DNA from: Octopus vulgaris
Lineage: Eukaryota
Reading direction: 5' to 3'
Assembly (NCBI GenBank): GCA_951406725.2
Contig: OX597823.1
Coordinates: 52,576,001 to 52,640,000, forward strand
DNA length: 64,000 bases
Positions within the stretch are counted from its first letter, which is position 1. Each line of letters starts with the position of its first letter. The notes beneath the pieces are model-generated. The model was not told the DNA's origin, did no database searches, and worked only from the letters and a program-made list of their open reading frames with translations. Positions 27,158-39,210 of this stretch are shown here, one piece after another. A program made the position numbers and the translations under genes.

Positions 27158-29352
27158 TAGTTTTATTTTTATAGCGTGCTTTCACTTCACTACCGAGCGC
27201 AGCTCTGTGTGCCTTGGGTATGTGCTGTGATTTGTTGTGATGCTCTGATGGTTATTGTATGGAAAGTGTTCTGCGTAGGATGTGTGCAGTGCCTAGTAGT
27301 GTAATTTTCTGTATGTTATATGTGTTTGTAAGTCCTGGTGTTTTTGTTATGTATTTGTTTGAATATTTTTTTATCATGCCTAATGCACCTACTATGATAG
27401 GAATTGTTTCTGTTTTCAGGTTCCACATTCTAGTTACCTCTATTTCCAGGTCTTTGTATTTTGAGAGTTTCTCCATTTCTTTTAGAGACACGTTGTCATC
27501 TGCCGGTATTGATACATCAATTAGAAAGCATTTTTTTCCTTCATGATCTCTGACAACTATATCTGGTCTGTTGGCCTTAATTTCTCTATCTTTGTTGTGG
27601 TGCTCTTATTTTTACTGTATTGAAAGTGTTTTACGTAGGATGTGTGCGGCGCCTAGTAGTGCTATTTTCTATATGTTATATATATATACTTATAAGTCCT
27701 GGTGTTTTTGTTATGCATTTGTCTGAATTTAAAAAAAAAAAATTTTTTTATCATACCTAATGTGCCTACTATGATAGGAATTGTTTCTGCTTTTCGGCTC
27801 CACATTCAAGTTACCTCTATTTCCGGATCTTTGTATTTTGAAAGTTTTTCCGTTTCCTTTAGAGAAACATTATCATCTGTTGATATTGATACATCAATTA
27901 GAAAGCATTTCTTTTTTCTTGGTGTTCTCTGACAACTATATCAGGCCTATTGGCCTTAATTTCTCTATCTGTGTGTATTGGCATATCCCAGAGTATGGTT
28001 GTATTCTCATTTTCTGTGACCTTTTCTGGCGTGTGCCTATACCATCTTTTTCTGTTGTTATTCCATAGTATTGGCATAGCTTCCGGTGTATATATGTCCC
28101 AACTCTGTCGTGTCTGCGATTATATTCCTTCTTAGCCAGGACTGGGCAGCCAGAGACAATACGATTTATTGTTTCTTCTCCATCACCTCATATTCTGCAG
28201 TTACTTGTATTTCTTTTCATTACGTAGTTTTGGGTGATTTCTGGTGAGAAAGCTTTGATCTTGTACTGCAATTAAAATCCTTCAGATTCTACTTTGAGTC
28301 ATGAGTTCTTCAGCCATTGCTAGCATTTTGCTAGCATTTTGCTAGCATTTTGCTTTGTCTATTTCTTTTCTGTTTATCTTAACCTAATATTTGCCATGAA
28401 GGGGCTTTTCTAACCATCGTTTTATCATGATCTGTTGCTGCTCCAATTTTAGTTTGGATTTCATTTGTTTTACAGCTTTTGCAGTTTCTTCTTTTTCTTC
28501 ATAACTATTAGGTGCTATGGCATCTTTTTTGTATTTATCATCTTCCTTAAAGACTGAAAACAGTTTTTTTGTTTTGTTTCGTGGCTATTTATATTAGTTT
28601 TTTTTTTTTTGGCTTTTTGATGTAGGTATTTCTGTAGCCTTGTGGTGGTTATTTTGTAATAGTTTTCTAGCGGTATAAAGACTCTACCACCTTCGATACG
28701 TTGTATATATAGCCTTTCTATGTCAGATTTTGGGTGGTGCATCGAAAATCCTATCGTTATTTTTCAGGTTTTCCTGTCTATTTTGATTTAGAGTCCAGTT
28801 AAGATTATTGTAGCAGTAACTTATAACTAGGATGGCTAGAATATTGCTTTTTTTTCATTGAGCTCTGTTTTCTGTATTAATCTGACTTGTCTATAGTATT
28901 CATTTTTTGTCTTCTCTTTCATTTGTGTGTTGTATCGTATTGAATTATTATTATTATCATATTTTTCCTTCTTTCTTCAAATTTTCTTCCGTTTCTCGCC
29001 GAGTGTTTTCCTTACACCTAGGGCAGAGAAGGGCATTGTATGCATTCCCAGATTACACGCGCAAATTAAGATAAAATATGTATTTAAAAATTAATAAATA
29101 AATAAATTCATGGATGGATGTTATTTTCACAGCGATAGTGCTCTTCTCAGTACATGAGCCGTTCCAGTTAATACGATTTCTTGCACTTCCTGTAGGGATG
29201 GTAAGCCTGGAATCATTTTCGAATAGGTTTCAGTACCTTTTTTTTTATCATTCCTAGAGATCCTACAATCACTGGTACTTTAGTCGCCTTGAGATGCCAC
29301 ATTTTTTCAATTTCTATTAGCAGGTCTTTATATTTACTAATCTTGTCAAATT

Positions 29353-29414
<62 letters not shown>

Positions 29415-30330
29415 TATACACTCAAAAGATTACACTTGAAAAAGAAAAGAATCCTAGCATTGGGCTACAGCAAGCTGCATTAGATGCCAAGAACTCTCCT
29501 AAGTATCCTAGCTGTCCCTAATAGCACTATTTTCCAGAGCTGTACTAAACTGGGTTTTATGCTTATTTCCTCTATCCATCTGTTCAAATCTTTAGGGATA
29601 GTTCCCAATGCACTTATAACTACTGGGATACATTTCACCTGCACTTTCTATAGTCTCTGTAATTCAATAGCTAGGTCCTGGTACTTTGCTATTTTTCAGT
29701 ACTTTTCATATTAATTCTTCATCGTTTGGGATTGTAAAGTCAATTATCTGGCACCTTCTATTGTCATTATCTACAACTAACAAATCAGGCCTTCTAGCTT
29801 CTATTACTCTGTCAGTGTGAAAGTTTAAGTCCCTCAGCATCTTATATTTCTTACTTTCTAGTACTTTACTAGGTTCATGTTCATACCATTTATCAGGATG
29901 TTCAAATCCTAGCTTTCTACATAGCTCCCAGTGGATTGCTCTCCCTAGATTATCATGTCTTTTCATGTATTCTTTCTGCGCCAGCGTGCTACATTCACTT
30001 ACTATATGAGTAACACTCTCCTCTTTTGATTTGCATAATCTACATTGGGAATGTACTTGGTTTTTGTCTATTTTGGCTTTTATCCAATTAGTCCTTAATG
30101 CTTAATCTTGTGCAGCCACTAACAAACTTTCTGTCTCCCTCTTCAGCTGTCCCTTCTGCAGCCATAACCATGTCTCACTACTAATATTTGCTGAAACTGT
30201 CTTTTGGAATCTACTATGCAATGTCTTCTCCTGCCAGTCAGATAATTTCTGTTCTTTTTTCTGATTTTTAAGTTCGTTTGGTGTTTTGGTTTCTCTATGT
30301 CGTGCTGGGACTCTAGCAGCTTTTAATAAA
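25135..30330 (-). mobile_element. Stack of six R4/Dong-like (RLE) non-LTR 3' fragments mostly separated by (AAT)n
   Basis: Repeated KYxDL..EIxRxW..IPIIVGALG..IQKxALLGTAxILR, RPD nuclease motif and CCHC; pieces about 25135-25415, 25850-26970, 27154-27590, 27591-28940, 28960-29352, 29415-30330. Confidence 0.88.
25590..25849. repeat. (ATT)n microsatellite, ~260 bp
   Basis: Direct reading; periodic ATTGCTGTT interruptions. Confidence 0.98.
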
Positions 30331-30339
30331 CTTGCTTCA

Positions 30340-31195
30340 CTTTTAAATTTTTTTAAATATTAATACATTTACTAATACTAACATTAATTTAGCTAATACC
30401 ATCCAACCCTCTATAAATATTGATAACATGGTTATGGTATCTGAAGTCAATTCCAATAGAATTAAGTTTATGTCAAGTAACTCTAAGATTAAAAATTCTA
30501 TATACCAGTGTATAATCAGTACTCGTAATAAAGTACGATTTTACATTGGAAGCACATCGTTAGAGTTATCTAAAAGAATTTCTATCCATTACTCAACATT
30601 TAGGGATAGAAATAAACATAATAGTACCGGTCTCAGCAAACTGATTTGGGATTTAAAAGACCACAATGAACAATTTCACTTAGAATGGTTGATTCTCTCA
30701 ATTTCGATACCATATGACAAATGCAAGGAATGTTGTCTTCTCTGCAATTCTGAGCTATTTTTCATTATTTTTTCTAAAAAATACTCTAGTAAACACGGTT
30801 ATAGAACGAGCATACAGATGTAAGCATTAGCAAAAACATACATTTAGTGCATATAAGTAGTCTCTATCATTATATATAATTTAAACTTTAATTTCTTTTA
30901 TATTTAACATTCACTATTGGTATCCCTACTCTTTCTGTTAGCTACTTATGACGTTATATCATATAACGTTTTTTTAAACAATATTAATAGCGTTCTGGCT
31001 ATCGCTATACAAATCCATCATTTTTTGCTAAAATGTCTTATTGACGAGTTTCGCTTTTTTCACTTTCCTGAGGAGAAGATTGCATTGTTTATACCATTTA
31101 TTCTTTTGAATAGTATCAGTGGAATTTTCGAAACATGTGTCGAAAGTAAAAATATTTGATTACACCTGCGTTAAACTCCATTTATTTATTCATAT
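30340..31195 (+). mobile_element. 5'-truncated Penelope-like element (GIY-YIG plus 3' hammerhead)
   Basis: IYQC..FYIGSTS..R...H.STF..NSTGLSKLIWDLK..CLLCNSE; 3' UTR ending at a short TA run. Confidence 0.88.
31062..31147 (+). ncRNA. Type I hammerhead ribozyme in PLE 3' UTR
   Basis: Stem I actttc/gaaagt, CTGAGGA, long stem II gaagatt..aattttc, GAAAC-ATGT-GTC, cleavage after 31141. Confidence 0.85.
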
Positions 31196-31276
31196 ATGTA
31201 TATATATATTTATTTATTCTTATTTTTAATGAAGATATCTTAGAATTGATCCCTTAACTATAATAATAAAAAGAAA

Positions 31277-31361
31277 AATAGCCTGAGGACACACTGGTGA
31301 ATTTATGTATTAGGTATAGCCTGGTAAAATAAACCACCGGGGCAGAAACATGTATAGCATT
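31277..31361 (+). ncRNA. Degenerate hammerhead motif
   Basis: CTGAGGA..ctggtg/caccgg..GAAACATGTATA; stems I and II imperfect. Confidence 0.4.
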
Positions 31362-31539
31362 GATTAATATTATCTTCTTTCCCTACAAACTAATAACAGG
31401 TAAGGTATATATATATATTTTGGTGAAATCCCAAATTTGTAATAATATTATAATTGATATTGTTTGCTTTGCATTAGTAAAGTGTAAAATAGTAAATATC
31501 CTGATAACCTGGAATAATTATTATTCCCTAAGTTTTTTA

Positions 31540-31574
<35 letters not shown>

Positions 31575-31588
31575 GTGGTTGCTCTCAC

Positions 31589-32355
31589 AGCAACCACCAC
31601 AATTATCATCATCATCATCACCACCGCTGCCACCATCGTCTTCTATCACCAAAAATACCAACAGAAAACCAAATAAGAAACCACTGCCCTCTTCCCCCAC
31701 ATCACCACCTCAATACTACTGCAGTAACAAAAACTTAAAGAAACATAGGAAGCAGAATGCGCCCCCCACGGCACAAACAAGAAATCCCCAAATATGCCGC
31801 TATTCACTGCGCCAGAGACTCTGCACAAATAGTGACTGCATCTTCACGCATCTACCCGGCACTAGACGCACTACCGGCCAAGGCCAAAGCACGCATCCCA
31901 CAATAACATCAACACCACCAAATAGTAAATCGAAATTCAAAACACACACAACTCGGAGTCCCAAAATCTGCCGGTATTCCCAACGTGAGAGAACATGTCT
32001 ACTGAGTGACTGTCCCTTCACTCATCTTCCAGGGACCCAACGCACAAACAGAAACGGGGCCTCAAGCCAACACACAAACCTGAATAACAATAAAAATAGA
32101 AACACACCATGCTGCAGTAATGCTGGTCCAGTCTTTTCAGGAAGACACAAAAACAACAACAACAAAAGTGGAAACTACAACCCTATCCAACAGTGCAACC
32201 ACACCTCCAGCCAAAAACTGCTCCCTAAGCAGGAAAATTCTTTTTTAGCCATGTTGAACATGGCAAAAGAGATACACAAAAACATTCTAGCCATCACTCA
32301 ACACCATCCTATGCTATTACCCCAGTGCACCAATTCCCCACATTGCTGCCACTAA
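31589..32355 (+). CDS. LINE ORF1 (5'-truncated) with two CCCH zinc fingers
   Basis: ICRYSLRQRLCTNSDCIFTHLPGT and ICRYSQRERTCLLSDCPFTHLPGT (C-x7/8-C-x4-C-x3-H). Confidence 0.8.
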
Positions 32356-35336
32356 CACACACAAAAAATCCAAGCCCCCTGCAACAGTCAAAACCAGCCA
32401 CTACACTAACCTCCACATTCCTACTCAATGCACAAGGTGTCAGCCCTTCCATCAATGCACAAAAATGGAAGGTCCAATTCATTGAAGACTGGGTTGGTAA
32501 CCATTCACACCACATCCCTTTCTTCATTCTCACTGAGACCCACCTTGACAACTCCCACTTGGAAGCCGAAGTGAGAGTGAAGAATTTCACAACCATCCGC
32601 GCGGATCGTATCGGCAGGAGGAAGGGTGGAACTGCCATTTTCCTGCATGATTCATTTACGGCAGATGGAAATAGTATATTCTCCAACGGCTACTGTGAAT
32701 CAGTCACCGTGCACAACAAAGCCAATGACCTGACAGTAATTGGGCTCTATAGGTCGCCCCAAACACCCATACTGTGCTTTAAAGAATGCCTCAACAGCAT
32801 TAAGTGCTTTATTCAAGAGTGCCATTCTAGCAACATACTCATGATGGGAGACTTCAATCTACCCTGTGTTGACTGGACTACAAACTGTTTGAAACCAAGC
32901 ACTCCCGCCTCAACCGCTGACAAAGAAGCAGCAGAGTCACTTTTCGACTTTACGAATGAGTTTTTCTTGTCCCAACTTGTCCTTGCACCAACAAGACATC
33001 AGAACATTTTGGACCTAGTGTTTAGTAACCACACTAACACTATACATAACGTTACAGTGGAAAAAACCCTTCTTTCAGACCATGACATGGTTCTCTGTAA
33101 CATGAAATTCCACCAGCCGAAAGCTAATCCTAGTGACCTTCCTCCAGTCCACCCATTTGACAACATGGATCTCCATAAAGCCAACTGGGATGCAATCAGG
33201 AACGAGCTATCAAATGTTGACTGGTCCTTTACACATACACACATCTCCACCAACCATAAAACATCTTGGCAGATCTTTGTAGACACCGTCACAGACATAT
33301 GTGCAAAACACTCCCCACCAAGACCTGTGAACAAAAAGTGCAGAATCCCCCAAAACAGAAAAACCATTATCAGAAAAATAAAAAGAACAAACAAAAAAAT
33401 TAACAAACTAAAGTACTGCCAACAGCAACACACACATTCGACGGCTATCGCACTGCTTGAATCCAAAAAATATAACCTCCAACAATGCATGAAGACCCTC
33501 ATCAATAACCAAAGATCAGCTGAGGAGAAGTGGGCCATTGAAAAAATCAAACTCAACCCCAAAGTGTTCTTTTCATTTGCGAGGAAACGCAGGGTCACTG
33601 TCTCCACTGTAGGCCCTCTAATTGACGAAACTGGCACTCTCCAAGATAATGCCAAATCCATGGCCGAGATACTGCAGAAACAATACTGCTCTGTTTTCAG
33701 CAATCCTGATATGGCCGATCTGGGCTGTATCAGTGATGTCAACCCCCAACACACTATATCGGACATAACGTTTAGTGCCCTTGATGTCTTAGCGGCGATA
33801 AACGAAATAAAACACAATTCAGCAGTAGGCCCCGATAGGTTCCCTGCTTGTGTCCTGAAGGTGTGTCGACACCAACTTGCATCTCCCCTTGCTAATCTGT
33901 GGAGAAACTCACTGGATGCTGGCTATATTCCAAAAACCTTCTGTCCCAGTTTTCAAAAAGGGAAACAAGTCCCTTGCAGTGAATTACCGTCCGATCTCAC
34001 TCACCTCTCATATCATCAAGGTATTTGAGAGGGTGGTGAGATCTCGAATCTGGAAAGCAACAGACGGCTGATCTCCAACCAACATGGGTTCCGTAATGGA
34101 AGGGACTGCCTAACGCAGCTCCTGCATCACTTTGAGGACATTTTGAGAGCTTTGGGAGAGGGCTCCAACACCGATGTCATCTACCTTGATTTCAGTAAGG
34201 CCTTCGACAGGATCGATCACAAGATCCTATTGAAAAAACTATCCAACATTGGTGTCTCTGGAAAGTTACTGAAATGGATTAAGTGTTTCCTGACAGACAG
34301 ATCTCAACATGTTGTAGTTGAAGGGGTAAAATCAAGCCCAGCCAAAGTCAGTAGTGGCGTTCCGCAAGGCACTGTGCTGGGCCCACTTCTTTTCATCATT
34401 TACATTAATGACATTAATGACATCATCAAGCACAGCAACATAAAAATCTTTGCAGATGACTCCAAGCTACAGAAGGTCATAAATGAGGCGAGTGACCGGA
34501 CATGCCTTCAGTCAGATCTACTGGCTGTTATCCAATGGGCAGAAAAAAACAATATGCTGCTGAACGAGGATAAATTTGAGCTAATCCACTTTGGAAAAGA
34601 GGATGCCCTGAAACTCCCATACTCCCTTCCTTCAGGTGAAACTCTCGCGGCGTCCAACAACATCAGAGACTTGGGAGTAATTGTGGACAACAACGTAAGC
34701 TGGGCCACTCATATAAACACCAAAGTTGACATGGCCCGCAGAATGTGTTCCTGGATTCTCAGAACTTTCCAGTCGAGAGATATCCACACCATTATCCTTC
34801 TCTTCTCCACTTTTGCCCGACCCCACCTTGAATACTGTTGTCCACTGTGGTCTCCCCACACAATACAAGGTATCATAAAAGTTGAAGCACCTCAAAGGGC
34901 AATCACAAAAAAGATAGATGGCATGACAGGCCTCGACTATTGGGGTCGACTAGAAAAGCTAAAACTCTATTCTCTCCAACGTCGTCGTGAGCGCTACATC
35001 ATCTGCATGATGTGGAAAATATTCCATCAGCATTGCCCAAATGATGTTGGCATCACCTTTAAGGTACATCCAAGGCTTGGGCCCCGTGCCATCCGCCCAA
35101 AACAAAAATCGCACTCTCATCTCATAACAACAATACGGCACAATTATTTCACCTCAATTGGCCCCGCTCTCTTTAACATTACACCAAAACACATTAAAAC
35201 AGAAACTGACCCTATAGGGTTCAAGAAGTCTTTGGACAGATTCCTTCAAGAAATCCCGGATAAACCCCCTACACCCGGATATGTCTCTGTAAACAATAAC
35301 TCTCTACTTGAGTGGGCCATAGTGCCCAAATTCTGA
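32229..35336 (+). pseudogene. LINE ORF2, AP endonuclease plus reverse transcriptase, two small deletions
   Basis: LTETHL, GDFN, LDLV, SDH; YRPISLTS, QHGFR, DFSKAFD, SGVPQGTVLGP, FADD, RPHLEYC, SLQRRRERY; frameshifts at about 33940 and 34050. Confidence 0.95.
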
Positions 35337-35417
35337 CTTGAAAGACTTCACCAGGTGGTGCTATTAAGTTAGACATGGCCTGGGCCAATAATGGCCGAAA
35401 CCTATCAAAGTATCAAA

Positions 35418-35551
<134 letters not shown>

Positions 35552-37069
35552 TGCTACGAAGGGCATCCAGCTGTAGAAACTCTTCCAGATCAGATTGGAG
35601 TCTGGTGCAGCCACCTGGTTCACCAGACCTCAGTCAAATCGTCCAACCCATGCTAGCATGGAAAGCAGACGTTAAATGATGATGATGATGATGATGATGA
35701 TGATATATATAAGTACAATGAGCTTCTTTCACTTTTTGTTCACCAATTCTACTCACAAGGCTTTGGTCAGAACAAGACTATGGCAGAAGACACTTGCCGA
35801 GGGTGTCACACAGTGGGACTGAACCTATGGAGCAGGCATTCTGTGGCACATTTAGTGTGAGACTTTATTCTCTAAATTTATCCATGAGTCACTCTTCTGA
35901 ATATTTGAAAAACATGAGAAACCAATCATAAAGATTCCGTATAACAGCTATAAAAGTTTGTTTGGCCAATATTTGTAAACTTTAGTAATTTTGAATCTTT
36001 TAGAAACCTGACATATTAATAGAAGTCAATTAGAATTAGAGAGATTGTAAATTTGAAGTAGTTTACTCATTTGAAGCAAATTGCACAGAAAAAAAAATCG
36101 ATTGGTATGGCTAGAAATGGACTAATTAGTCTGATCTCTGATTCAATGCTGACTATCTTCAGGTATCCTTAGTTCTCTGGTTTTATCTCAACTGTCCCAC
36201 ATTACACACACTGCTACATTTCTTCATGCATAGAATCCATAAATTAATGATATAAAGTTGCTCAATTAAAATTCCAAATCTTATTTAAGTGAAAAGATAC
36301 TGATGTATTCTTCATAAGTTTTTTTGTCGTTTACATCAAGCACAGGAATAGCTATGTAGTTAAGGAGTTTCACTACAAAACCACGATGACTGCGGGTTTG
36401 ATCCTACTGTGCTACAATTTGAACTATTGTCTTCTAACTTAACATCCAGTTGACTATTACCTGTGTGTAGAAAGTAGGCAAGCAGAAACTGTACAAATGT
36501 CTGTCATATATCTCCAGCTTTAGTCCCTCTGAGAAATTTAAGCAAATTATTTTTAGCTCTGTGGACAGGAAAAAATCTGGATCACCCTGACCAGTTTCAT
36601 TCTGTTTGGAGATTCTTATTTATAATTATAATTATAATTACTCAATTCCTCTACCCATATAAAGATTACATTAAGAATTCACAATCTCCAATAAATATAG
36701 TGTTGAGGGATGACTGTATAATGAACTAAGTCATTAATGATTACACAGCTTAGCAAATTATATAAGCCAGTTCGACTGAGTCCTGGCCTGTGATTGAAAT
36801 AGATATCTATAAACTATCAGTCTTTCCATGAGCAGAGAAAAGCTATCTTTACTGGATATCCAAAGATTAAACTAATTAAGAAAATTCCAATATATCTGCT
36901 CACTGAGAGATAAAAGCATTTGTTTATCTTTGCTTGCATTTTGTAGCGAGGCTAAAATTGTAGATGCACTTTACATTAAAACATCAGTATATTCAATAAA
37001 TATTATGTAGTGCATGATATATATTATATACATATACATATGTGTGTGTGTGTGTACATACATATATGT

Positions 37070-37945
37070 ACAAAGTGCATTCTAGAAGTTTTGAGATTTG
37101 TTAATTTCAAAGAAGTACAATTTGCTCCAAAGTAGGATCCTCTGAGTTCAATGCTCCAACCACTTCAGGAAGGCCCCATAGAAGTCCTCCAACGTAAAGG
37201 TATCCAGAACCCTTGTCACAGCCTCCTTCATCTTATCAGTGTCTTCAAAACAACTGCCCCTGAGATTCTCCTTTAGCTTGGAGAACAACCAAACGTCACA
37301 GGGAGCAAGGTTTGTACTATAGAGAGGTCAAGGTACAGTTTTGATGCCATCTCTGTCAAGTATTAGGTTACCAAGGATGGAATTGTGGACTGGTGCATTG
37401 TTCTGGGACAATCAACCTGAATTGAAGAGCTCTAGCCTTTTGTGATGAAATGTCTTCCTAAACTCCCTAAAAATTTGTCTGGCCAAGGAGTCCACTGGTT
37501 ATAGATGATGCCCTTGCTGTCAAAAAAGGGGTTCATCATGGGCTTCCTAACAGATTTGCTTTGCCTGGTCTGCTTGGATCTGGAGGCAGCCAGAATGTTT
37601 CCATTAAGTATTCTGTCTCTTGGTCACTGGATCATTACAGTAGATCCAGCTTTCATCATAAGTCACCAGAGAGTCAAGTACTCTTGGATTGGAGGTAATG
37701 GGTTCAACCATTTCCTTGCTGCCACCAGTGTGTCTTTCCTTTAATTCATCACTGAGTACCTTGGGAATAACCTTTGCCCAAATTTTGCACATGTTCAGAT
37801 TGTCAGAAATAATTCTATGCACAGTTTTCACTTCAAACTGTATGCTTATTGTCTGATAGACACCCATGCTTATAGACACACAGCAATCTTCATCTAAGAA
37901 ATAATAAATTTTCTCAACCAGCTCTGATGTTCTGACTTTGCTTAT
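37070..37945 (-). mobile_element. mariner transposon remnant
   Basis: AKVIPKVLS, LVTYDESWIYCNDPVTKRQ, QNNAPVH, YSTNLAPCDVWLF; terminus after TA at about 37070; cut by a SINE. Confidence 0.85.
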
Positions 37946-38489
37946 TTCTTTATTGCCCACAAGGGGTTAAATATAGAGGGGACAGACAAAAAGACTAAGT
38001 CGATTACATCGACCCCCAGTGCATAACTGGAACTTAATTTATCGACCCCAAAAGATGAAAGGCAAAGTCGACCTCGACAGAATTTGAACTCAGAACGTAA
38101 CAGCAGACGAAATACCACTAAGCATTTTGCTTGTTTATGATTAATCTATATTTTTGTTACTTTTCATTTGTCTTGCTCACTTATGTTTCTGGTGTGCTAA
38201 ATTTTCTAGAGAACAATTCTTGGTGGTTGAGACCATAGCGGATCTTCTTCTAGCATAAGGGTTTCCTCATAATGGTTAAAAAATCCCCTCTTATATTTAT
38301 GTATGAAATACTATTTACTGAATCTCAGTTTTTTATATGCTAGACCACTGGTGTTAAAATTGATGTTATCAAATTAATATCCAATTTTTCACCCTCATTT
38401 TGATTTTAATATATATATATACACACACACATAAGTATATAGGCGTGTGTATGTCTGTGTGTACACCTACACACACATATGTATGTATA

Positions 38490-38520
<31 letters not shown>

Positions 38521-38840
38521 ATATATATATATATATATATCACGTGACCGACCAGACCATCAGATGTTGTTACACATTGCTGGTCACAATGCTTTCGCAT
38601 TGTTTTAGCCTTCGAATGACGCCACCCCGCTGGCTAAGCAAGCAGGCCAACAGAAGAAAGAGTGGGAGAAAGAGTGGTGAAAGAGTACAGCAGGGATCAC
38701 CAGCCCCTGCCGGAGCCTCGTGGAGCTTTTCGGTGTTTTCGCGCAATAAACACTCACAACGCCCGGTCTAGGAATCGAAACCGCGATCCTGCGACCGCGA
38801 GTCCACTGCCCTAACCACTAGGCCATTGCGCCTCCACATA

Positions 38841-38932
<92 letters not shown>

Positions 38933-38968
38933 CATATATATACATATATATATATACATATATATACA

Positions 38969-39033
<65 letters not shown>

Positions 39034-39135
39034 TCAGGGTGAGTACTTGATAATTGTAAGCACCTGTATATACCGTTTGGTGGTGTAGGTGGTGGAGTAA
39101 ATTAATCAAAATAAAAACATGATGCCAAGGATTCA

Positions 39136-39210
39136 GCGGTACATATGTATCGGGCCTTTATTAGACGGATTTATAACAATGCATGTGTGTCTATGGCCTT
39201 CTTCAGCCAC
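39136..39210 (-). ncRNA. Hammerhead motif, left arm (GAAA mutated to GATA)
   Basis: Minus strand gtgg CTGAAGA aggcc..ggccc GATA C ATAT G TA ccgc. Confidence 0.65.

Noticed and set aside
31360-31588. 5' extension of the 331-aa ORF
   Set aside because: Runs through a different repeat and (TA)n; not part of LINE ORF1
32309-33817. Antisense ORFs of 125 and 272 aa
   Set aside because: Shadow frames of LINE ORF2 with no recognisable motifs
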